Below, in pieces: positions 22,178 through 32,935 of a stretch of 64,000 nucleotides of DNA (within the stretch, counting starts at the first letter, position 1; every line of letters begins with the position of its first letter). The translations under genes and the position numbers were made by a program. Below the pieces are notes generated by a model. It saw only the letters and a program-made list of their open reading frames with translations. It was not told where the DNA came from and searched no databases. Source of the stretch: Perkinsela sp. CCAP 1560/9 (lineage: Eukaryota; Protista; Euglenozoa: Kinetoplastea); the NCBI GenBank assembly GCA_965644495.1, contig CBFFSA010000002.1, positions 682,001-746,000 on the forward strand. Reading direction: 5' to 3'.

Positions 22178-24607
22178 ATGAATTCTGCCGAAAGGGGGTC
22201 TGTATTGGAGGATTCCTCTGGACAACACCGATGGACGTTACACCTTTTGAGCGATCCATCGGCGAACTTGCTCGGTGAATGGGTGTGCAAAGAATTTCTT
22301 AGCCACCTTGAAAAAGAATTTTCAATAGCGCTTCCCTCTGTAAGGAAAAGGGAACTGATACCAACCAAAAGTCTTCTTGAAAACCTACAAGATGATCTTG
22401 CGAATTCAGAGGCTCCCAGCACATTGTCTCCCGAACTGTCACACACATCTAATGATTTCAATAAGAATATGGAAATTTTGAATATCAACAGCGTCGAAAA
22501 CCGTGCGCCTCCAAAAACTGCGTCCAGAACAGATCTCATTGAGCTTCACCTTTTCATCATTGCCATATGGGATGGCGCATCACATAAAACTGTTGAAGAG
22601 ATAGATCAGGTTAAATCCTGGGTAAATGCGCTCCGTAAAAACGCTTTTTCTTCAACTTCTGAATCGAAATCTTCGAATACGTCTACAACAAGATCACCTT
22701 ATGATCATGAGCACTCCTCATATGGACAGCATCGCATTGTAGTTCAGTTTCTAAATGCGAAAAAGGGAAATCATTCTTATTACATAAACAAAGACAATAC
22801 ATCGAACGGCTTGAACAGTTCAGTTCAGAACAACGCATCAACATTTTCTATTGTGGAAGTGAAGAGCAACATTATGAGGGCGATTGAGAAAAAACTGAGT
22901 TCACTGTTTCGCTCCAAAGAAATTCCATTAGACGAGAAATCTGTGGAGGAAACAGAATCCACGCTGGATGAAAGTCGATCCAGTGCTAGTACTGACATCG
23001 TTCACACTGCAAAGACGTCTTCCGCTGTAGCTAGTTCGTTATCAACATCTAACCCAGTGAGTACGCATGATACTCAAATTTTGGTCAACAAGCCATCCTT
23101 CCTTCAAACTCAGTTACAGGAGGGACAAGGTGAAGTGTTGCTCTCGCTTAGCGAGGAAAACACAACAAAGAGTATAAAGACTCAGTTAGAAGAACTTGAA
23201 GAAGCCGCTCGCCGATGTGGCGCGAAGGTGCAAATTCTGGTCGACAGTCCTGAGCGATCCACCATGGATGTTCTAGTTCGCAGTATATCGGACTACCCCT
23301 GCATTGAGATGCGTTTTGCTGTGTGTGGCAACGTAGATAGCGGGAAAAGCACTCTAACCTCCGTTTTGACTCGACAACAGATGGACGACGGCAGAGGTCT
23401 GGCTCGCTCAAAGGTATTTAAGCACCGCCACGAGGCAGAGAGTGGACGCACAAGCAGTATCAGTGAACAATACCTTGGATTCGACGAGAATGGCTCTGCG
23501 GTAAATTACTACTCCCACGTTCTCACAAAGGAGGAAACCAAGGGATTGAGTCGAAAAGTGATTACCTTCTTTGATCTCGCAGGACATGAGAGGTACCTTA
23601 AAACCACGGTGTTAGGTATGACCCGGTCTCTTCCCGACTACGCTCTGTTGGTGATCTCCGCCAACAACGGCATACAGCGCATGACCAAGGAGCACCTCGC
23701 ACTGTGTCTTGCGCTTAAAATACCTTTTATGGTCATCATAACCCGTATCGACAGTACACCCCAAAACGTACGTCAGGACACCCTACGCACCATTCTCCGT
23801 ACCCTGCGCCACAGTACCGTACGCAAAGTCCCGTTCCACATCCAATCCCTCTCGGACGTCACCATCAGCGCACGCAGTCTTAAACTCGACCGCCTGGTCC
23901 CGATCCTCGAGGTCAGCAACGTCACCGGGGATCGCCTCCCGCTGCTCTACGCGCTGCTGAATCTCCTCCCGCCGCGGTACCCGTGGCTCTCGGCCCGCGA
24001 CCTCCCCACCCCCGAGCTCGTGGTGGACAACACGTTCCACGTCCCGGGGGTCGGGACCGTGGTGGCGGGGATCGTGACCCAGGGCACGTTCCGGGTGTCC
24101 GACGCCGTGGCGCTGGGACCCGACGGCAGCGGTCACTTCCGGGCCACGCAGATTAAGAGTATCCACTCCAAGCGCATGGATGTCGCCCGGGTGTGTGCGG
24201 GATGTGACGCCTGTTTCGCACTGAAAAGGGAAAAACGGTCCCAGGTACGAAAAGGGATGGTGGTGTTGGGCGGGGAGGGCTCGCGAGAGGTGCTGGCAAA
24301 GGGAGGGGTGGCGTATTGGTCGTTTGACGCGGATGTGACGATTTTGTACCACAGTACAACGATCAGTACAAACTACGAGCCCGTAATCCATTCCTCCACG
24401 GTACGACAGGCCGCAAGAATTCAGCTGGATGCCGGGGAGGTGCTGCGTACGGGGGATAAGGCTAACGTTCGGTTTGTGTTTCTGTATCGTCCAGAGTTTA
24501 TGAAGCTGGGGCAGAAACTCGTTTTCCGGGAGGGTAGGACCAAGGGGTTGGGTATCGTGACCGGGTTGCACACGGGGAGGCCAACACCTACAAGGAAGGG
24601 TACGTAA
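22178..24607 (+). CDS. GTPBP1/2-like translational GTPase with a long Ser/Thr-rich N-terminal extension
   Basis: GNVDSGKST, HRHEAESGRTSS, FDLAGHERYLKTT, EF-Tu-like domains II/III, FREGRTKG. Confidence 0.9.
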   Translation: MNSAERGSVLEDSSGQHRWTLHLLSDPSANLLGEWVCKEFLSHLEKEFSIALPSVRKRELIPTKSLLENLQDDLANSEAPSTLSPELSHTSNDFNKNMEILNINSVENRAPPKTASRTDLIELHLFIIAIWDGASHKTVEEIDQVKSWVNALRKNAFSSTSESKSSNTSTTRSPYDHEHSSYGQHRIVVQFLNAKKGNHSYYINKDNTSNGLNSSVQNNASTFSIVEVKSNIMRAIEKKLSSLFRSKEIPLDEKSVEETESTLDESRSSASTDIVHTAKTSSAVASSLSTSNPVSTHDTQILVNKPSFLQTQLQEGQGEVLLSLSEENTTKSIKTQLEELEEAARRCGAKVQILVDSPERSTMDVLVRSISDYPCIEMRFAVCGNVDSGKSTLTSVLTRQQMDDGRGLARSKVFKHRHEAESGRTSSISEQYLGFDENGSAVNYYSHVLTKEETKGLSRKVITFFDLAGHERYLKTTVLGMTRSLPDYALLVISANNGIQRMTKEHLALCLALKIPFMVIITRIDSTPQNVRQDTLRTILRTLRHSTVRKVPFHIQSLSDVTISARSLKLDRLVPILEVSNVTGDRLPLLYALLNLLPPRYPWLSARDLPTPELVVDNTFHVPGVGTVVAGIVTQGTFRVSDAVALGPDGSGHFRATQIKSIHSKRMDVARVCAGCDACFALKREKRSQVRKGMVVLGGEGSREVLAKGGVAYWSFDADVTILYHSTTISTNYEPVIHSSTVRQAARIQLDAGEVLRTGDKANVRFVFLYRPEFMKLGQKLVFREGRTKGLGIVTGLHTGRPTPTRKGT

Positions 24608-24760
24608 CGCCGAAATTCGATTCTCAACAGTTCGATTCAACAATTTTTTATACCGCGGTACATGTTTTTTTTAAAGAACGAACATGCGGTTAAGAGTGAA
24701 CCGCAAAACGACTTTTACTTTTTATCCTAGGTTTTTCTATTAGTGGGTCTAAACTGTAAA

Positions 24761-25798
24761 ATGACAACGGAACAGTCAAAGCAATTGCAAGGAACCAGAA
24801 AAAGTAAAAAGCGAGACTTGGCAATCAAGGAACGAGCATGTGAAAGTCGCTTATCCAATGCAGAGAGTGCGCGTCTTCCATCACCCCCATCGGATTCCCA
24901 TTCCCCTCCTTCTGACACGGCTTCTGTGGTTTTGATTCTGCGACAAGCTCTTACCTCAGGCTCACGTGTCGAAAAAGGCCGTACGGCAAGAAGAAAGCAT
25001 TTTGGTAACGTTACTGACACACCGAATCCCGCAAATTCGGGGGAAGATCACTATGCCACGCTACATCAATGCCTATTAGCTGTGTTGGATGAGGCATCCT
25101 GTCCTGGCGTTGTTCGTAACATATTTTTAGAAGTAGACTCAAAGCTTTGCAATGGGACACCTGTGGAAAATATTCAAAAGAAAAGGATGTGGGTGAGAAT
25201 TTCACCAAAAACCAGAATTCCTCGTACGTTGGCTCGTTTTGAAGGGTTAGTTCAATCTGTTTTGGTAAATAGTTCTTGCATGGAGAATACTTCCAGCAAT
25301 GAATCATCACAATATATCGAACTGGTAACGGATGAAACTTTGAATTGCTACTTGAATGAAGTGCAGAATAAACGTTCGACAACTCAAGATGCGAAATTGA
25401 AAACTGGTACAGTTCTGTGCTACACTTTATGTAACATTGATCCTCCCTTCCCATCTGGATTCCGCCTCTTAAATCCGGAGGAATTCGGTTCCGTTTTGCG
25501 GCACGAAAACAATGAGAACGAGAAAACGACTTCTTGGACTTCCGGAATTGTAAAAAATGATACTATTGTAAATTCAAACACATTACGCAGCGTTAATGGT
25601 GAGCATGTAATCATTCCACAAGTCACTGTTGTTCAACTGTTTTTGACCCAATGTTCAACCGAAGGAGCAGTTGACATACCTTCAGAGCTTACTGCATGTA
25701 GAAAGCCATCCACGCTCGTTAGTATATCAAGATATTCTTTGCGTTCCTACATAATACTCTCTCGATGGATTTCGGGTCTCGTGCATGGAAAGCCTTAA
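24761..25798 (+). CDS. Divergent Nep1/EMG1-like SPOUT rRNA methyltransferase
   Basis: LHQCLLAVLD, ISPKTRIPRTLARFEGLV and SISRYSL resemble the EMG1 motifs HQCLL.LLD, NP.TRIPRTFKRF.GL and SISNYPL. Confidence 0.7.
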   Translation: MTTEQSKQLQGTRKSKKRDLAIKERACESRLSNAESARLPSPPSDSHSPPSDTASVVLILRQALTSGSRVEKGRTARRKHFGNVTDTPNPANSGEDHYATLHQCLLAVLDEASCPGVVRNIFLEVDSKLCNGTPVENIQKKRMWVRISPKTRIPRTLARFEGLVQSVLVNSSCMENTSSNESSQYIELVTDETLNCYLNEVQNKRSTTQDAKLKTGTVLCYTLCNIDPPFPSGFRLLNPEEFGSVLRHENNENEKTTSWTSGIVKNDTIVNSNTLRSVNGEHVIIPQVTVVQLFLTQCSTEGAVDIPSELTACRKPSTLVSISRYSLRSYIILSRWISGLVHGKP

Positions 25799-26117
25799 CC
25801 CTAGCTCTTCGTTTCCGTAAATGTGCTCTAAGCTCATTCTGAAAATGTTGTATTTTTGTCAAAAATAGAAGATCCTTACGAGCACAATGCGCTTTAAACT
25901 TGTCTTTTCCTTTTATGTTCTGGTACAGGCATCTTATACCCAATTATGTACAATCATGTACCAAATTTTAAAAATTCCTGTTTTTGTATTACCTTTCGAA
26001 TTCGGTCAGAAAGGACAATTTTATTCTTCAATTAACTCTTATTTTGTATTTCAAAAACACCTTAGCTTTGTTTTGTTTTTCTTACACCTTTACTATATAG
26101 TGTGTTCACCATACTGT

Positions 26118-26768
26118 ATGATTCAGTGTCATAGAAGCGTTTCACCGATTCTTAGTAAGGACCAAAATTTGCCTCGTCCGGCTAAAGTTAAAGGTGCTGT
26201 TCTTCCTCAGGAATACAATCTAGCACGATTTGTAGCCAATATTTCTAATCCTGGGGTGACATGGACAACTAACATAAGAGCATGTGACTGGAAAGGAGTA
26301 GAGTGCAATACGGATGAACAAGTGGAATATTTTGGATTAAATCCCTTCGATCTTTTCGGTGCTGAGGAAGAAGATAACTATTCTGGCACTTTTGCATGGA
26401 TCTACATGCCAGATACCATCAAATCTTTTTTTATGGCTTCGCAAGCAGGTATTACAGGAACATTACCTGTTGCAGATCTCCCGACCTCGTTAACTTCTTT
26501 TGCTCTCACGATGTGCAATATGTTTGGTCCCGTAGACTTGACAGTGTTGCCACCTAATATGCACAGATTAAACCTTAAGGATAATCAGTTCAGCGGTGCA
26601 CTGGATCTAATGTCTCTCCCCGCAAGAATGGGTGTTTTATTACTTGAAGGTAATCGTTTCGAAGGTTCGGTAAATTTGTCAAGACTTCCAGTGACAATGA
26701 AACACATTCATTTACGAGGAAATAATATTCACGTAACATCACAAGTCCCACATTTTGCTATTTTATAA
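26118..26768 (+). CDS. Small leucine-rich repeat protein (family member 1)
   Basis: W...ACDWKGVEC cap and LxLxxNxFxGxLDLxxLP repeats; start uncertain. Confidence 0.8.
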   Translation: MIQCHRSVSPILSKDQNLPRPAKVKGAVLPQEYNLARFVANISNPGVTWTTNIRACDWKGVECNTDEQVEYFGLNPFDLFGAEEEDNYSGTFAWIYMPDTIKSFFMASQAGITGTLPVADLPTSLTSFALTMCNMFGPVDLTVLPPNMHRLNLKDNQFSGALDLMSLPARMGVLLLEGNRFEGSVNLSRLPVTMKHIHLRGNNIHVTSQVPHFAIL

Positions 26769-26781
26769 TTTCCTGGCTACA

Positions 26782-28206
26782 GACGGGTTATATTGCACCC
26801 ATTCCTAAAAAAAATATAAAAAAACCTGATCATGCATTTTTCAGACATAATTTCATCTTTTAACACAAAACTTTGTTTTATACCGTATTTTCGAGTACAA
26901 ACCTCCTTAGGACTTGACTTCTGTCACAAATAATTATGAAAATCATAAAAATTGACCACGTTTTCACCATACATCCTAATTCACACTCCTTAACTTAACA
27001 ACACTCCTTAAAACCCCACTCACTTCATACATTCCTTCACAGATTCATGAAACTCTGGATCATGTTCCATGTTTCTGTGTCGTCTGCCTCCGTTGCTGCT
27101 GCTTCCTCCTCTTCCATAAATTGCTCACATTGTTCCTCTTCTTCTGTTTCACTTTCATTGTCCTCTTCTTCTATATTCGGCAGGCATTGCCCAAATTTTA
27201 GACAGAGAAGTAATGATTGCAGACGTTCCTGCCACGTGGTTCTTTTGAACCAAAGTGTATATAGGGCAATGCATTTCTCTGCTTCTCTCGGCTTCATAGA
27301 CAACCTTCCTTGTCTTCGGACTGAGCGCTTCACCGACGAGTGAGCTGATTCTGCATGATTCGTGTGCACCCCCTCCTCTGTGACAAACCGGTATTTTCCG
27401 CTTCTGGAATGGTTCACAGTTCGATGTCGCACTGTATAAGGGCCCAGGCCTCTATAAGCACGTCATCCATCGGTGTACACTACTGTTCTTTTACTCTGCA
27501 CAGTGTGTTTTTTCGCTAGATTTTGCAGTGTTACAGCGTCCCTTTTCGCCACGCGGTACCATATTGTCGAAGTGCAACCACCTCCGCGCGCTATTCCAGT
27601 GATTGTGAGCATCCAAAAGGATTGACTTCGAGTCCTTCGCCCCACATTATACTTCCGCTTAAAGAAAAATGTTTCATCCACCGCACATCGAGAAAACAAG
27701 ACAGTCTCATTCTGCACCTTTGAAGACTTCCACACACAGCGCAACAGTTCACGCTTCCACTCTGTTATTGTGTCCCTATTGACGCAAAGTTGCGAAGCAG
27801 ATGCTTGTGCATCGACTTTTTGGTAGATCTTAATCCAGAACAAGAATTTTTCTTTGGCTCGTTTTTGCTTTGAAGAAAAATACGGTGAAAGACGAGAAAG
27901 GCGCTTCCTACACTTATTGTTGCCCTTCCTTTTCCAGCATATGTTTGGCATAGGGTTTGTCTTTCCTGGGGTTCCACTCGCTCTATGCTCAGAGCAAACT
28001 TCTTCGTGCACAACCTTGTGCGAAATCAGAAACTTTATAAAATTTGATGGAATATGCCCATCATTGCGCCAGGTAAGGATACAGCTTAGGTCTTTGCAAG
28101 CGCACTCGGACATAGATTTTTAACTGAAATCAAAATAACAATGTTTCACAAGCCGAAAGAGGTGATAAAAGCAAGGAATTATTTTTTGGGTGCAATATAA
28201 CCCGTC
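26782..28206 (-). mobile_element. Merlin (IS1016/IS1595-related) DNA transposon with one in-frame stop in the transposase (28113-27037)
   Basis: Perfect 20-bp TIR gacgggttatattgcaccca; VDETFF.KRKYNVGR, RDAVTL, VYTDG*RAY, HRTVNHS..FV..GVHTNHAES. The two ORFs are in one frame, split by a TGA at a normally Trp position. No 8-bp TSD seen. Confidence 0.92.
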
Positions 28207-28672
28207 ATTAACCAATTTCCTTTTAAGCATACAGATACAAGTACATTTGTACAGTTGTATCTTTAAGCCACTCTCGTTAGTCCATCGAGATATTCTTTGC
28301 GTTCCTACGCAATACTCTCTGGATGGATTTTGGGTCTCGTGTATAGAAAGTGGTATTCAGCAAGAGTAATGTAGACGTGCTCTAGATGTGCTAATGTAGC
28401 TCATGTAGACATGCTCTAAGCTTGTTTTTGTCAAAATATACAAGAATATACAGCTTGTTTTTGTCAAAATACAAGACCTGTAGGGGGGGGGGGTAAAAGA
28501 CGCTGAACACCACTGTATTTATATATTCTTCACAACGATTTTTTTGCACGAGCACTCTTTATGTCTAGCTTTATCGTTTTTTTAGTCAACATATAGTTTT
28601 GGAATATGGAATTTAGCACAAGCTCTGCCAGTCTTGGCGTTGTAAGTCTACAGCAAGCGCCAGTGCCGTAGA

Positions 28673-30595
28673 ATGTGCTACGTTTTGTACGTGATCTTGA
28701 TTCTTTTGCTGCCAACCAACCATGCGAAACCGTTTCCTTTTAAGCTTCCACTCTCCGTTGCACATTGTGGGGAGAACACGGTCGATGTAGTCACGCACAA
28801 ATACGCACACCATCAGAAAAATCCAAAGCATAACTTGAAAAAGGCAATGCAGAATGTATCGGACGTCGCGCCACCATCTGCAGCTAATTCGACATCTTCA
28901 GTGAAAAACAGTACCCAGGAATTGGCATGGAGGTTGTCGCTTACGGCTGTGCTGGTATTACTCTCTGCGCTCTTTTCCGGATTAACTCTCGGGGTCCTTG
29001 GCTTAGATACGTTATCACTCGACGTGATTGCGACCAGCGCTCCTCAGCCCGACCGATCCTACGCGCAAGTCATTCTTCCGCTGCGCAAGAATGGGAATCA
29101 GTTACTTTGCACATTGTTACTTGGTAACGTGATGACAAACGTTCTCATCTCTCTACTCACGGATCGTCTCACAAGTGGAATTTCGGGATTTTGCATATCT
29201 ACAGCAATTATTCTTCTGGTAGGTGAGATTATTCCACAAGCCGTTTGTTCCCGATATGCCTTGTTTTTCGGAGCGAAATCTGTACCCCTTGTCAACTTTT
29301 TCATTGTCTTGCTCTATGTTGTGGCGAAACCCATTTCTCTTCTTCTGGACCTAACCCTTGGAAACGACCCGGGCCAAATTTACGATCGAAACATGTTACG
29401 AAAGCTAATTTCCGTGCACGCCAAAGAGCACAGCCTTGAGAGTGGCTTAAACCCTGAGGAGTTTAACCTCATGGCTGGTGCGATGGATTTTCAGGGGAAA
29501 ATGGTGAAAGACTGCATGACTCCGATCCAAGAGGTTTTCGCCTTATCCGTTGACACACGTCTTCAAGAGGACGTTATGATGCGGATCTGGGAAGTGGGCT
29601 ACTCTCGCATTCCGGTGTATGAGGGAAAGCGATCCAATATTGTGGGTATCATCTTTGTAAAAGATCTGCTCTTCTGGGACGCGGATGACCGCCTCACTCT
29701 TGGGATGGTCCTTCGACTTTCCAGCAAATCGCGACATTTGCACTTCACCTTTGAGGACACTAAACTGTGCGAAATGTTAAAACGCTTCTCCAGTGGTCGT
29801 ACTCACCTCGCGCTGGTCCAACAACGCGACCGAACTCCTCCCTTACCCAGCAAATCCCCCACCGTCATCGGTGTCATCACCCTCGAGGACGTCATGGAGA
29901 CCCTTATCAAACGTGACATCCAAGACGAAAAAGACCGCGAGGCGGCCGGGGACACCGCCCACGCCTACCACATCTCCCTGGCCGAGTTCCGCTACTCCCG
30001 CGGGAAGCTCGCCACCCTCACCCCCGCCCAGTGCTCCGTGGTCCACAGTTTCCTCCGCGACACCCTCGACGGGTTCCGTGGGCTCCCGGAGTCTGCGCTC
30101 TCCGGGCTGCTGCGGCACGCGCTCGTGCTGGACGTCACCGCGGGGTACGTCCTCTACCGCCGGGGCGCCCCGCTGCGGCATTTCACGCTCCTCCTCTCCG
30201 GCCGCGTGGGGCTCACCGTCGGGGCGGAGCGGGTGCGGGCGGAGATGGGGGCGTGGGGGGTGCTGGGGACCGCGTGCCTCCCCGGCGGGGGTGTCTCCCC
30301 CGACGACACGCCCCCCGGGGCCGCCCCCTCCCCGATACGCCGGTGCTCCACGCTGCCGGTGGAGATCGCAGAAGGGGACCGCGGAACCCCGCTGGAGACC
30401 CTGGTGCTGGGGAGAGGCCGGAGGGGGGGACGGGAGGGGGAGGGGAGGGGGACGGATCCGAGTGTTGCGGGGTGGGGTGAGACGGGGAGTTGTTGTGAGT
30501 ACTCCGCCGTGACACAGTGCTCGTGTCGCGTACTGGTGCTCACAAAGGGGGAGTTGGAAGAGGTGTATTGGGGAACTGAAGTGTCGGGAGAATAA
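28673..30595 (+). CDS. CNNM/DUF21-CBS metal (Mg2+) transporter with a cNMP-like C-terminal domain
   Basis: LSALFSGLTLG, LLCTLLLGN, GEIIPQAVC, CBS pair (GYSRIPVY, GVITLEDVME); start at 28673 (signal-like) or 28847. Confidence 0.92.
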   Translation: MCYVLYVILILLLPTNHAKPFPFKLPLSVAHCGENTVDVVTHKYAHHQKNPKHNLKKAMQNVSDVAPPSAANSTSSVKNSTQELAWRLSLTAVLVLLSALFSGLTLGVLGLDTLSLDVIATSAPQPDRSYAQVILPLRKNGNQLLCTLLLGNVMTNVLISLLTDRLTSGISGFCISTAIILLVGEIIPQAVCSRYALFFGAKSVPLVNFFIVLLYVVAKPISLLLDLTLGNDPGQIYDRNMLRKLISVHAKEHSLESGLNPEEFNLMAGAMDFQGKMVKDCMTPIQEVFALSVDTRLQEDVMMRIWEVGYSRIPVYEGKRSNIVGIIFVKDLLFWDADDRLTLGMVLRLSSKSRHLHFTFEDTKLCEMLKRFSSGRTHLALVQQRDRTPPLPSKSPTVIGVITLEDVMETLIKRDIQDEKDREAAGDTAHAYHISLAEFRYSRGKLATLTPAQCSVVHSFLRDTLDGFRGLPESALSGLLRHALVLDVTAGYVLYRRGAPLRHFTLLLSGRVGLTVGAERVRAEMGAWGVLGTACLPGGGVSPDDTPPGAAPSPIRRCSTLPVEIAEGDRGTPLETLVLGRGRRGGREGEGRGTDPSVAGWGETGSCCEYSAVTQCSCRVLVLTKGELEEVYWGTEVSGE

Positions 30596-31267
30596 GGAGA
30601 TGTGGTTTAGTGTTGTGGTACGGTGGGGTAATGAGATCCGTGGTCTCTGACTCACGTGCTAATTGGGCACTTGTATTTGTTACTTTTGCGGCTTGCCCAA
30701 AGGATTGGCCTTACGGAGGATCTGTGGCGATACGATTCATGGGGCATTGTATACAGTCCTAGAGACACGGAGATTGTCATCGATGGGCATGTACTTATCA
30801 GTACATGAAACATGCCGCATGAAGTAAGGAATAGTTTGCTGACCTGGCTTAAGTAGCATGAAGTACTTAAAGTACGATGGCGTGGCAATCCTTCTTACGT
30901 ATCACTTCGATGGGTAAGGCCTGAAATTTGAATTGAATTACTTGCACGAACTCCTATACTTTAGGTACTTGCTTCAAAAATGGAGAAACTAATGGACTAC
31001 CGTTTTTGGCGTCATTTTCTTAAATTCGTTCTCACGTACTTTTCATAGTTTTGCACATTTAGGGGCATACGGGTTTCGTTGGCGGTATGCGTACAAAAAA
31101 TGTACGCATACCGTATTTAGTCTTGTATTTAGGAAAGTGTAGTACCACACTTTCCTTAATCTAACTTATTATTAAGCTTTCCAGATTGTGGGTGCGGAAG
31201 GCCATGAATCTTAACATTAAAAAAAGAAGAGTTCATATTTTAACGTTGTTTACCTTGTATATTGAGA

Positions 31268-31714
31268 ATGTCCTTGACAGATCAACAAATCTCGGAAGCT
31301 TTTCAATTATTTGACTATGAACGAAGAGGAGAATTGGATATCGAATCGATTAATTTTGCACTTCGAGGACTGGGCATTGATCTTCCACAGAATGAGTCGC
31401 TTGAATCCTGGATACAAGAAATTGGATTGACTGATTCAAAGAGCCTGGATCTTGAATCGTTTATGAGGCTAGTAAAATTGAAAATGGTGGCGAAAGATTC
31501 ACCTGAGGAAATTAGAAAGGCTTTTGAGCTCTTTGACCTGGATCACCAAGGGGCCATCACACTGGAGAATTTAAAGGCGGTATCACTAATGCTTGGAGAG
31601 AGCACAGATACCAAAATATTACAGGATATGATAAAAGAAGCCGATCGGGACGGAGATGGTAAGGTTTCTTTTGATGAGTTCAAAGCCGTCATGGAGCAAA
31701 TGCGGGAGAAATAA
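31268..31714 (+). CDS. Centrin (short, kinetoplastid centrin-4 type)
   Basis: LTDQQISEAFQLFD...KDSPEEIRKAFELFDLD...EADRDGDGKVSFDEFKAVMEQMREK; EF hands. Confidence 0.9.
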   Translation: MSLTDQQISEAFQLFDYERRGELDIESINFALRGLGIDLPQNESLESWIQEIGLTDSKSLDLESFMRLVKLKMVAKDSPEEIRKAFELFDLDHQGAITLENLKAVSLMLGESTDTKILQDMIKEADRDGDGKVSFDEFKAVMEQMREK

Positions 31715-32034
31715 ATTTAGTTCAGAGATAACAAACAAGAATAGTAATTAGCACTGCGAACTATCATATGGCGTCATATGAGCGAGTGTACGGGATGTAT
31801 TACTTGCTCCTCTGCGTTAAAAGAATGAAGTTTATGAATTTAGAGATTTTTTGTATGTGTACATACAGTCAAAAATACCATAAAGTAGTTACTTCCTTAG
31901 GAAGGAATTGGGAAAGCTCTTTCTATTTATTTCATAGCTCAATATTGAACCAGGCACAGGTTTTCTGGAACACTTTTTTTGGAACACTTTTGTAGCATTT
32001 GTTTGAGTTGCTATCTTTTGTGGTACTTTACCAC

Positions 32035-32634
32035 ATGCTCTCTGCTGTGTTCTTGGCATTGGGAGTTGCTTCCGCTGATAAAATTTCATCTGGGACCAAA
32101 TTAGGAAAACTTCGCGGAGCAAATCTTCCAGTAGAATACGAACTTGCGCGATTTATCGAAGACGCTAGCAAAAAGGACAGCTCATGGAGTACAAGCGTCC
32201 CCGCGTGTAAATGGAAAGGTGTAGTGTGTGTAGAAGGAATTGTCAGTACTATGGATTGGGGAGATCGAAAAATGGAAGGAGAACTTAACTGGGATTATAT
32301 ACCCAGTTCGCTGACCTATCTTCGTCTGGCTTTCAATGAACTCTCTGGGGATATTCCCTTTAATGGAATTCCCCGTCAAATGACCGTTCTGAACGTAACT
32401 GCAAATAGATTTTCAGGGCCTCTTTTGCTCAAGGATCTGCCAGATACAATGAAAAATCTTTTCTTATCGTACAATCGCTTTTCCGGTATTGTCGACCCCT
32501 CTGAATTCCCTAAGAGTTTATGGTTGCTCTATGTGCCCGACAATAAAGACCTCTGTGGTCGTTTTTCCAGAGGCAAGCTTCCTATAAATTTTGATTTAGT
32601 AAAGGATGGCACACAGATAATTGTAGACGTATAA
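32035..32634 (+). CDS. Small LRR protein with signal peptide (family member 2)
   Basis: MLSAVFLALGVASAD leader, ACKWKGVVC cap, LRRs. Confidence 0.85.
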   Translation: MLSAVFLALGVASADKISSGTKLGKLRGANLPVEYELARFIEDASKKDSSWSTSVPACKWKGVVCVEGIVSTMDWGDRKMEGELNWDYIPSSLTYLRLAFNELSGDIPFNGIPRQMTVLNVTANRFSGPLLLKDLPDTMKNLFLSYNRFSGIVDPSEFPKSLWLLYVPDNKDLCGRFSRGKLPINFDLVKDGTQIIVDV

Positions 32635-32935
32635 AGATTCACCAAGAGGACAGCGTGATATCCCACGAAACACAAGAAGCAGCGGTAGTATTTTTGTTCT
32701 CTAGCAGTCGAATTGCCATTAAAATGAATTATCAGGATGTCTCTTATACATGTATTTTTGTGTATAATCTTTTTCTTCCTTCACAGGAAGGATAGTATTA
32801 AACTGGACGTCAATACAAGAGGTCGATAAACGCAAAAATTTCCTGAGAGGGGACGGTTACGACGCAGACCGTAGGAATCGTTGTTTCGATTTTCCGAATA
32901 CCATTTTTTGTATATAAATTTTTCTCTTTCAAAGT

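Noticed and set aside
27463-27465. In-frame TGA at a conserved Trp in Merlin, suggesting UGA=Trp recoding as in Blastocrithidia
   Set aside because: Host genes have no internal stops and several end in TGA (5813, 17345, 35850, 38023); a simple TGG>TGA nonsense mutation explains it.
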